Assembly: GCF_009914755.1 (NCBI RefSeq)
Contig: NC_060947.1
DNA: 64,000 nucleotides
Direction: 5' to 3' (one strand)
From: the human T2T-CHM13v2.0 reference genome, Homo sapiens
Shown here: positions 14,540 to 28,701 of the stretch, in pieces
How positions within the stretch are numbered: position 1 is the stretch's first letter
How the letters are laid out: each line of letters starts with the position of its first letter
Notes under the pieces: generated by a model
Seen by the model: the letters and a program-made list of their open reading frames with translations, nothing else
Databases searched by the model: none
Told to the model about the DNA's origin: nothing
Program-made: the position numbers and the translations under genes

Positions 14540-14720
14540 ACTACTTTCATCTCTTTCTCTCTTCGACTTCTTTTTTGTCTCTTTCTCTCTTTTTAACTCT
14601 CTCTTTGACTTTCTGTGTCTGTCCCTCTTTCTCTCTGACTCCTTCTCCTTGTCTCTGTTTCTTTCTCTCTCTCGTTCTCTGATGTTTTTCTCTCTTTCCT
14701 TCTTTCTGGTCTTTCCTTAC
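14540..14720. repeat. CT/AG-rich low-complexity tract within ERV9
   Basis: Degenerate (TC)n tract. Confidence 0.8.
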
Positions 14721-14824
14721 TTCTGCCAGCCACTTATGCTGCTGCTCTCCCCTCTCCTTCCCATTTTTATGGCTTTGTCAGTGTACGATTCCTACCTCTT
14801 TGTGTTTTTGCATTGCGTGACTGT

Positions 14825-15250
14825 GCAGGCATTTTTTTGCCCTTTCAAATTGTCCTCCTAATGCCCAGACTTCAGTGTTGATTCCTTCCTCAAGTAGGGG
14901 ACAACAAATGGGTAACTTGTTCCTCATATTCATGTAGATAATAGCTCCAGCCTTGGCTAATATATCCCTCCCTAATAATAGTGTGGGACTTTCAGGCATA
15001 ACAAAAAAGGCATGTGAAAAGAGCAAAGTCTCCCAATTACAACTGATGAGGTGGGAGAAATACCTGATTACAGGCTGTCCTAGGATTCCTCGGATGGTAA
15101 CGGATCTTGAGGACAGTTGTCTAGGACAGGAGATTAACACTGAGAAGGCCGCACCAGTGTCCAGGAGGAAGTCAATTTCCTGGCCCTCAATAGTTAAACA
15201 TACCTGGGGCTCAGTGAGGGTGATGACATGAGCTGGCGCTTGCCCCGGGC
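14825..15250 (-). pseudogene. pro: ERV9 protease remnant
   Basis: FLLDTGAA active site (15150-15175) and LLGRDILAK motif. Confidence 0.85.
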
Positions 15251-15254
15251 ACCC

Positions 15255-16705
15255 TCAGTCCTGTTGTTGGATCATCTGGTTGGGGGCTTCTGACCCAGGG
15301 AACCTTCGTCCTCTGGGGCAGTGCACCTTCCAGTGATTGCCTTGGCATAGTGGACATGGATGAGGGGGCAGCTTGTTTCTCATTGGACAATCTTTTTTAA
15401 AGTGTCCTAGTAAACCACACTGATAACAAGCCCTACCAGGTGGTTGGCCTGCTCCATTTTCTGACCTCTCTCAACCGTTTGTCTAAGGGCCATGACTAAG
15501 GCTGCGGCCTTTCTCTGATCTCGCTTTTCCTTTTGGGCCTGTTCTTCTTGGTCCCTATTATAGAACACTGAGTTTGCCACGTTTAATAATGCCTCTAGAT
15601 TTTGTTCAGGGCCCAGGGCTTGCTTTTGGAGCTTTCTCCTGATATCTGCGGCTGATTGGGTGATAAACTTATCTTTTAGAATCAATTGACCCTCGAGTGA
15701 TTCGGGTGATAGGGGAGTATATTTTCTTAAGGCCTCTCGTAGCCGCTCGAGGAAGGCAGAAGGATTTTATTCCTTTCCCTGGGTTATGGTGGATATCATT
15801 GAATAATTTATGGGCTTTTTCCTAATTCTCCTTAGTCCTTCTAGAACACAGGTCAACAGATGTTTACAACTCCAGTCCCCATGATCTGAGTAAAGGTCCT
15901 AGTGGGGGTCCATACTGGGGATTGCTTGCTGACCAGTAGGGAATTTGTCCCTTTCTTCAGCTGTCATTCTATCATTTACTTGACTGAGATACCAGGTATC
16001 TCCAAACTCTCGGGCTGCAGCTAAAGCCGCATTCTTTTAATTAAAGGCCAGGGTTTGATCTAACAGTAGCATGACGTCTCTCCAAGTGAGGTCAAAGGTT
16101 TGCCCTAGACCCTGTAGGACATCTATGTACCTATCAGGATCATCTGAAAACTTCCCCAGGTCTGCCTTGATCTACTTTAAATCAGAGAGGGAGAAGGGGA
16201 CATGTACCTGGGTTGGGCCAAATTCCCCTCCCCCTACAGCTTGAAGGGGACATAACCGATAGCCTGGGGTTTTTTGTGGACCTTTGGAGATTTCTTTGCT
16301 TATTTCCTTTTGGGCAGGGGAGATTAGAGGAGGAGTATCATCAACAGGAAGGGGAGCTATAAGGAGGCTAGGATATGGGGGTAAGCTGAGGGGTCCTCCT
16401 GTGGGATGTAAATTGCAAGCTTTGCATAGTCGTGTATTCTCCCTCAGTGAAAAGAAAGCTTGGACATAAGGTATTTCACTCCATTTGCCTTCCCTCCTAC
16501 AGAAAAGATCAAACTGCAGGATAGTATTGAAATTTGTACTTCTCTCAGGTGGCCATTTTTCCCCATCAGAAAGAGAATATTGGTGCCAAGCCGTAGTGCA
16601 GAAAAAAGTGAGCCACCTCTTTTTCAGGGTTTGTGGGTCAAATTGGTCCTAATGGCTTAGGATGCATTTCAAGGGTGAGCCTGTTGATGCCTGAGTGTTT
16701 CCCAT
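15255..16705 (-). pseudogene. gag: ERV9 gag with multiple stops
   Basis: ATG at 16705 (MGNTQASTGSPLKCIL); MHR-like TQGKE.NPSAFLERL; KFITQSAADIRRKLQK; zinc-knuckle region. Confidence 0.9.
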
Positions 16706-16750
16706 CTGAAAGACAAAACCGCCCATGGTTTTGGTTTATTTTGTTTCTCT

Positions 16751-16990
16751 CCCTGCCCAAGAACCTGCAATGGTCCCTGGACCCTGCTGATCAGAATAGT
16801 TGCGCTCACCGACACACCAGCAGAAACAACCCCTGCCCAAGAACCCGCAATGGTCCCTGGACCCTGCTGATCGGAATAGTTGCGCTCACTGACGCAGCAG
16901 CAGAAACAACCCCTGCCCAAGAACCCGCAATGGTCCCTGGACCCTGCTGATCGGAATAGTTACACTTACCGACGCAGCAGCAGAAACGCT
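16751..16990. repeat. 3 x 80-bp tandem repeat in ERV9 leader
   Basis: CCCTGCCCAAGAACC...AGCAGAAAC starting at 16751, 16831 and 16911. Confidence 0.95.
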
Positions 16991-18095
16991 AGTTTTCCTC
17001 CCAGACCACATGGAGGACCGAGGAAGGTCGGATTTAGTGGTCCTTACCGACGCATTCTTGAAAACCTGCACCCTTGCCTGTCCTCCTAGACCACAAGGAG
17101 GACCGACCGAGAAAAATCGGATTTAGTGGCCCTTACCGACGCATTCTCAAAAACCTGTTAGAGTCCTAAGCATTCTCCTGTTAGTATTGGGACTTTACCC
17201 CTGTCCTATAAAGATGTTATGCCCTAAAAATGAAGTGGAGGGCCATACCCTGAGGGAGGGAAAGGATCTCTAGGGCTGGAGGAGTGACACCTTTTGTCCT
17301 CACTTATATAAATAGGAAGGATACAATTTCTGAGGCTCCCCATATCCTAGCTGCAGGAATAGCTTTTGTTAGGCCTGTTAGTCTGAGGAGGGATCCTAAA
17401 ATTCCAGGTAGTCCCCACTACAACGGGGCTTTGGGCAAAAATTATGTCTTTCCGATTGGTGAGCCCAGGTGCCTAAAGAAGGTAACAGAGTCCTGGAGTT
17501 TATACTAGAAGTCATTCTTATAGGAGAAACTAGAAAAGCACTAGAGACAGGTAGCAATTTTTAGAGGTGGGTCTAACCTCAGAGAAGAGAGGTGAGAGGA
17601 AGTTTCTCTGGCAGGCATTAGGACCCAGAGGGCAAAGGTCAGGATAGATAGGATAGATGGGCGAGTCTCGCTTGGGCGACATGCTTGTGAGAGTTCCACT
17701 CATGGCCGCAGGGTCAACCAACATGTTGTCGGGACCCCGGAGCTGCATGGCTTTCCTCTCTGTTGACCCTCGGCTCAGCCCAGAAGTACAGGAAAAGCGG
17801 AAGCTGGTTCTAGGCAAACCAACGGTCCCAACTCCGAAGAGTCGGGGGTTGTTAGCCCTTTCCCAGAAAGCCTGACACCCGTGTCTTTAGTCCGGCGGCT
17901 GCGCTAGTCGCTTTTAACTGGCCGACAGGTGCCCAGTTTTTAGCCCCCGAATTCTAAGGAAAGATAGGACAGAATAGCAAGTGAAAGGGGTCCGATGGTA
18001 CTCACTGCTTGGCGATAGGCGAAAGTCTCACCGCTCAGCGATAGGCGATGGTCTCACCGCTTGGCAATTGTCTCACCGCTTGGCGATAGGCGAAA

Positions 18096-18113
18096 GTCCC
18101 TTCGTGGTCACCA
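18096..18113 (-). other. Primer binding site, tRNA-Arg
   Basis: Minus TGGTGACCACGAAGGGAC just inside the 5' LTR; complementary to tRNA-Arg(TCG) 3' end with one CpG-type mismatch. Confidence 0.85.
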
Positions 18114-18116
18114 AAA

Positions 18117-19745
18117 TGTGTCCGGAATTGGTGGGTTCTTGGTCTCACTGACTTCAAGAATGAAGCCGCGGACCCTCACGGTGAGTGTTACAGCTCTTAA
18201 GATGGTGAGTCTGGAGTCTGTCCTTTTTGATGTTCAGATGTGTTCGGAGTTTCTTCTTTCTGGTGGGTTCGTGGTCTCACTGGCTCAGGAGTGAAGCTGC
18301 AGACCTTCATGGTGAGTGTTACAGCTCTTAAGGCAGCACATTTGGAGTTGTTTGTTCCTCCCGGTGGGCTCGTGGTCTCTCTGGGCTCAGGAGTGAAGCT
18401 GCAGATCTTTGCGGTGAGTGTTACAGCTCATAAAAGCAGCGTGGACCTAAAGAGTGAGCAGTAGCAAGATTTATTGTAAAGAGTGAAAGAACAAAGCTTC
18501 CACAGTGTGGAAGGGGACCTGAGTGGGTTGCCACTGCTGGCTAGCGCAGCCTGCTTTTATTCTCTTATCTGGCCTCACCTACATCCTGCTGATTGGTAGA
18601 GCCAAGTGGCCTGTTTTGACAGGGCGCTGATTGGTGCGTTTACAATCCCTGAGCTAGATAAAAAGGTTCTCCACATCCTTATCAGATTAGTTAGATACAG
18701 AGTTTTGACACACAGGTTCTCTAAGGCCCTACTAGAGCAGCTAGACACCAGAGTGTCGATTGGTGCATTCATAAACCTTGAGCTAAACACAGGGTGCTGA
18801 TTGGTGTGTTTACAAACCTTGAGCTAGACATAAAGGTTTTCCAAGGCCCCACCAGAGCAGCTAGACACAGAGTGTCGATTGGTGCACTCACAAACCTTGA
18901 GCTAAACACAGGGTGCTGATTGGTGTATTTACAATCCCTGAGCTGTACATAAAGACTCTCCACATCCTTACCAGAGCAGCTAGATACAGAGTGTCAATTG
19001 GTGCACTCACAAACCTTGAGCTAGACACAGGGTGCTGATTGGTGTGTTTACAATCCTTGAGCTAGATATAAAGACTCTCCCCGTCCCCACCAGACTCAGG
19101 AGCCTAGCTGGCTTCACCTAGTGGATCCTACACCAGGGCTGCAGGAGCTGCCTGCCAGTCTCGCGCCATGCGCTCGCACTCCTCAGCCCTTCCTTGGGTG
19201 GTCGATGGGACTGGGTGCCATGGAGCAGGGGGTGGTGCTCGTCGGGGAGGCTCGGGCCGCACAGGAGCCCATGGAGTGGGTGGGAGGCTTAGGCATGGCA
19301 GACTGCAGGTCCTGAGCCCTGCCCCACGGGAAGGCAGCTAAGGCTCGGTGAGAAATTGAGCGCAGCGCTGGTGGGCTGGCACTGCTGGGGGACCCAGTAC
19401 ACCTTCTGCAGCCACTGGCCCGGGTGCTAAGTCCCTCATTGCCCGGGGCTGGCAGGGCTGGCCGGCTGCTCCGAGCGCGGGGCCCGCCAAGCCCACACCT
19501 ACCCGGAACTCCAGCTGGCCCGCAAGCGCCGCATGCAGCCCCGGTTCCCGCTCCCGCCTCTCCCTCCACACCTCCCTGCAAGCTGAGGGAGTGGGCTCCA
19601 GCCTTGGCCAGCCTAGAAAGGGGCTCCCACAGTGCAGTGGTGGGCTGAAGGGCTCCTCAAATGCCGCCAAACTGGGAGCCCAGGCAGAGGAGGTGCCAAG
19701 AGTGAGCAAGGGCTGTGAGGACTGCCAGCACGCTGTCACCTCTCA
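18117..19745 (-). promoter_or_regulatory. 5' LTR (LTR12C-like) with CCAAT/GATA repeat enhancer-promoter
   Basis: Array of ATTGG-containing units at ~18590-19065; GC-rich U3; activity not shown. Confidence 0.85.
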
Positions 19746-22700
19746 CTTTGTTGCCTCCCCACCTGTTGAATCTGCACACCAGAATCATGCCCTTCCCCGA
19801 GTTCTGGCCAGGAGACTTTGCATTCAGTTGGAATTCTTACAAAGTTCAGTTGGAGGTTTCCTTCTCCCTGTGGTCTTTTCCCAGTTCCTCTGTCAGCCCT
19901 CCCCAAGAACCTCTGTGAGACAAGTCAGAAATGGCTTCCCTGGGGACCCAGATAGCGCACAGGGCTTTTCCCACTGCTTCTTCTACTACCCCTGTGTTTT
20001 GCTCAGCTCTCTAAATTGACTCAGCTCCAGGTAAGCTCAAGTCATTCTCCCATGATCTAGACCTTCAGGTTCCCCAGTGAAGGTGTGTATTTGAGGGTAG
20101 ACGATCCCTCTTTCCCACTCTCACAGCTTGGGCTCTCACAGTATTTGGGCTTTCTCCCAGATCCTGCAGCAGTGATGTACTTCTTTCAGAGGGTCTGTAG
20201 ATTCTCTCCGCTTTTCTGACATATTCCTGCAGTATTTCTGGAGCAAAAGTTCACGATATGAGTCTCCACACTCTGCTCTGTCCATGTGAGCTGGAGCTGC
20301 AAGCTAGTCCTGCTTCCTGTCTTCCATCTTCCCCCTTTTCTCTGTTTTTTTTTTTTGTTTTTTTTTTTTTTTTTTTTTTTTGCTTGTTAATTTGTTTACA
20401 TTTCTTATAGATTCTGGATATTAGACCTTTGTTGGATGCAGTTTGCAAAATTTTTTTACCATACTATACGTTGTCTGCTTACTCTGTTGATAGTTTCTTT
20501 TGGTGTGCAGAAGCTCTTTAGTTTACTTCAATCCCATTTGTCAGTTTTTGCTTTTGTCACAATTGCCTTTGGCATCTTCATCATGAAGTCTTTGCCCATG
20601 CCTATGTCCTGAATGGTATTGCCTAGATTGTCTTCCAGGGTTTTTATAGTTTTGGGTTTTAAATTTATGTCTTCAATCCATCTTTTTTTGTATATGGTTT
20701 AAGAAAGGGGTTCAGTTTCAGTCTTCTGCGTATGCTAGCCAGTTATCTTAGCACCATGTATTGAATAGGGAGTCCTTTCCCTATTGCTTGTTTTTGCTGA
20801 TTTTGTCAAAAATCAGATTGGTGTAGGTGTGCAGCATTATTTCTGGGCTTTCTATTCTGCTTCATTGGTGTACGTGTCTGTTTTATTACCAGTGCCATGT
20901 TGTTTTGGTTACCGTACCTTGTAGTATAGTTTGAAATTGGGTAATGTGGTTCTTCCAGCTTTGTTCTTTTTGTTTAGGATTGACTATTAAGGCTCTTTTT
21001 TGCTTCCATATTAATTTTAAAATAGTTTTTTTCTAATTCTGTAATGCATGTTATTGGTAGTTTGATAGTAATAGCTTTGAATCTGTAAATTGCTTTGGGT
21101 AGTATGGCCATTTTGTCAGTATTGATGCTTCTTATCTGTGAGCGTGGAATGTTTTTCCATTTGTATCCTCTCTTCTTTCCTTGAGCAGTGTTTTGTAATT
21201 ATTGTTGTACAGGTCTTTCACCTCCTTGGTTAGCTGTATTCTGAGGTATTTTATACTTTTTGTGGCTATTGTGAATAGAATTGCATTCTTGATTTGGCTC
21301 TCAGCTTGGATGTTGTTGGTGTATAGGAATGCTACTGATTTTTATACATTTACTTTGTATCACGAAACTTTGCTGAAGTTGTATATCAGATCAAAGAGCC
21401 TTTGGGGAGGGATTATGGGGTTTTCTAGATATAGTAACATATCATCTGCAAACAGGGATAGTTTGAATTCCTCTCTTCCTATTTGAATGCCTTTTATTTT
21501 TTTCTCTTGCCTGATTGCTCTGGTTAGGACTTCCAGTACTATGTTGAATAGGAGTGGTGAGAGAGGGCATTCTTGTCTTGTTCTGGTTTTCAAAGAGAAT
21601 TCTTCCAGCATTTGCTCATTCAGTATGATGCTGCCAGTGGGTTAGTCATAGATGGCTCTTAATATTTTGAAGTATATTCCTTCAATGCCTAGTTTGTTGA
21701 GGGTTTGTAACATGAAGGGACTTTGAATTTTATCAAAAAGGCTTTTCTGCATCTATTGAGATGATCATGTTTTGTTTGTTTGTTTGTTTTTAGTTCTGTT
21801 TATATGATGAATCCCATTTATGGATTTGCATATGTTGAACCAACCCCACATCCTGGGGATAAAGCGTACTTGATCATGGTGGATTAGCATTTTGATGTGC
21901 TGCTGGATTCAGTTTGCTAGTCATTCTTTGAGGATTTTTTCATTTATATTCATCAGGAATATTGGTCTGAAGTTTTCTTTTATTTGGTGTGTTTCTGCCA
22001 AGTATTGGTATGAGGATGATACTGGCTTCATAGAATGAGTTAGGGAGGATTCCTTTTTCCTCAATTCTTTGGAATAGTTTTAGTTGAAATGGTACCAGCT
22101 CTTCTTTATACATCTGCTAGAATTCAGCTGTGAATTCTACTGGTCTTAGGCTGTTTCTGGTTTATAGGGTTTTTATTATTGACTCAATATCAAGACTCAT
22201 TATTGGTCAGTTCAGGGTTTTAATTCCTGGTTAAATCTTGGGAGGCTTATGTGTACAGGAATATATCTATTTCTTTTAGATTTTCTACTTCTGTGCATAG
22301 AGGTGTTCATAACAGTCTCTCTGTGTTTTTTGTATATTTGTGGGGTCAGATAATGTTCTCTTTTTCATTTCTGATTATGTTTATTTGGATCATCTCTGTT
22401 TTATTATTAGTCTGGCTAGCAGTCTATCTACTGCATTGATTCTTTCAAATAACCAGCTCCTGGATTCATTGATATTTTGTATGGCTTTAAACACCTCAAT
22501 TTCCTTCAGTTTAGGTATGATTTTGGTTATTTCTTGTTTTCTGCTAGCTTTGATATTGGTTTGCTCTTGTTTATCTAGGGCCTCTAGTTGTGATGTTAGG
22601 TTGTTAATTTGAGATCTTTCTAAATTTTTGACGTGGGCATTTAGTGCTATAACCTTCCTTCTTTTTTATTTTACTTTATTTTATTTTTTTATTATTATAC

Positions 22701-22897
22701 TTTAAGTTCTAGGGTACATGTGCACAACATGCACGTTTGTTACATATGTATACATGTGACATGTTGGCATGCTACACCCATTAACTCATCATTTACATTA
22801 GGTATATCTCCTAATGCTATCCATCCCCCCTCCCCGCACCCCACGACAAGCCCTGGTGTGTGATGTTCCCCTTCCTGTGTCCAAGTGTTCTCACTGT

Positions 22898-26720
<3,823 letters not shown>

Positions 26721-26783
26721 TGTGATGTTAGCTGATTATTTTGCTCGTTAGTTGATGCATTTTCTTCCTAGTCTTGATGGTCT

Positions 26784-27800
26784 TTACATTTTGGCATGAT
26801 TTTGCAGCAGGTGGTACCGGTTGTTTCTTTCCAAGTTTAGTGCTTCCTTCAGGAGCTCTTTTAGGGCAGGCCTGGTGGTGACAAAATCTCTCAGCATTTG
26901 CTTGTCTGTAAAATATTTTATTTCTCCTTCACTTATGAAGCTTAGTTTGGCTGGATATGAAATTCTGGGTTGAAAATTCTTTTCTTTAAGAATGTTGAAT
27001 ATTGGCCCCCACTCTCTTCTGGCTTGTAGAGTTTCTGCCGAGAGATCCGCTGTTAGTCTGATGGGCTTCCCTTTGAGGGTAACCCGACATTTCTCTCTGG
27101 CTGCCCTTAACATTTTTTCTTTCATTTCAACTTTGGTGAATCTGACCTTTATGTGTCTTGGAGTTGCTCTTCTCGAGGAGTATCTTTGTGGCATTCTCTG
27201 TATTTCCTGAATCTGAAGGTTGGACTGCCTTGCTAGATTGGGGAAGTTCTCCCGAATAATATCCTTCAGAGTGTTTTCCAACTTGATTCCATTCTCCCCG
27301 TCGCTTTCAGGTACACCAATCAGATGTAGATTTGGTCTTTTCACATAGTCCCATATTTCTTGGAGGCTTTGTTCATTTCTTTTTATTCTTTTTTCTCTAA
27401 ACTTCCCTTCTTGCTTCATTTCATTCATTTCATCTTCCATTGCTGATACCCTTTCTTCCAGTTGACCGCATCAGCTCCTGAGGCTTCTGCATTCTTCACG
27501 TAGTTGTCCAGCCTTGGTTTTCAGCTCCATCAGCTCCTTTAAGCACTTCTCTGTATTGGTTATTCTAGTTATACATTCTTCTAAATTTTTTTCAAAGTTT
27601 TCAACTTCTTTGCCTTTGGCTTGAATGTCCTCCCCTGGCTCGGAGTAATTTGATCGTCTGAAGCCTTCTTCTCTCAGCTCGTCCAAGTCATTCTCCGTCC
27701 AGCTTTGTTCCATTGCTGGTGAGGAACTGCATTCCTTTGGAGGAGGAGAGGTGCTCTGCTTTTTAGAGTTTCCAGTTTTTCTGCTCTGTTTTTTCCCCAT
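26784..27800 (-). pseudogene. L1 ORF1, 338 codons with a single nonsense codon
   Basis: ORFs 27471-27800 and 26784-27440 are in one frame; only TGA at 27471-27473 interrupts. Confidence 0.92.
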
Positions 27801-28701
27801 CTTTGTGGTTTTTATCTACTTCTGGTCTTTGATGATGGTGATGTACAGAAGGTTTTTGGTGTGGATGTCCTTTCCGTTTGTCAATTTTCCTTTCAACAGA
27901 CAGGACCCTCAGCTGCAGCTCTTTTGGAGTACCTGGGCGTGTGAGGTGTCAGTCTGCCCCTGCTAGGGGGTGCCTCCCAGTTAGACTGCTCGGTGGTCAG
28001 GGGTCAGGGACCCACCTGAGGAGGCAGTCTGCCCGTTCTCAGATCTCCAGCTGTGTGCTGGGAGAACCACTGCTCTCTTCAAAGCTGTCAGACAGGGACA
28101 TTTAAGTCTGTAGAGGTTACTGCTGTCTTTGTGTTTGTGTGTGCCCTGCCCCCAGAGGTGGAGCCTACAGAGGCAGGCAGGCCTCCTTGAGCTGTGGTGG
28201 GCTCCACCCAGTTTGAGCTTCCAGGCTGCTTTGTTTACCTAAGCAAGCCTGGGCAATGGCGGGCGCCCCTCCCCGAGCCTCGCTGCCACCTTGAAGTTTG
28301 ATCTCAGACTGCTGTGCTAGCAATCAGCGAGACTTCGTGGGCGTAGGACCCTCCGAACCATGTGTGGGACACAATCTCCTGGTGCCCCGTTTTTTAAGCC
28401 CGTCGGAAAAGCGCAGTATTCAGGTGGGAGTGACCCGATCTTCCAGGTGCCGTCTGTCACCCCTTTCTTTGACTAGGAAAGGGAACTCCCTGACCCCCTT
28501 CGCTTCCCGAGTGAGGCAATGCCTCACCCTGCTTCGGCTCGCACGCGCACCCACTGACCTGCGCCCACTGTCTGGCACTCCCTAGTGAGATGAACCCGGT
28601 ACTTCAGATGGAAATGCAGAAATCACCCATCTTCTGCATCGCGCACGCTGGGAGCTGTAGACCTGTGCTGTTCCTATTCGGCCATCTTGGCTCCTCCCCC
28701 C
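27801..28701 (-). promoter_or_regulatory. L1PA3-type 5' UTR promoter with YY1 site
   Basis: AAGATGGCC at 28680-28688; lacks a ~130-bp block present in the neighbouring 5' UTR. Confidence 0.8.

Larger units (their letters stand above)
12200..19745 (-). mobile_element. ERV9 (HERV9/LTR12) provirus, internally deleted
   Basis: Two ~1.63-kb TG...CA LTRs; 4-bp TSD CTTT (12196-12199, 19746-19749); PBS, gag, pro, env-TM remnant and PPT. Confidence 0.95.

Noticed and set aside
16751-17160. Regularly spaced repeats resembling a CRISPR-like array
   Set aside because: Units are contiguous tandem copies without unique spacers, inside a retroviral leader in a primate genome.
13332-19739. Duplicated 109-133 aa GC-rich ORFs
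   Set aside because: They are the same LTR12 U3 sequence in two LTRs; openness reflects GC content.
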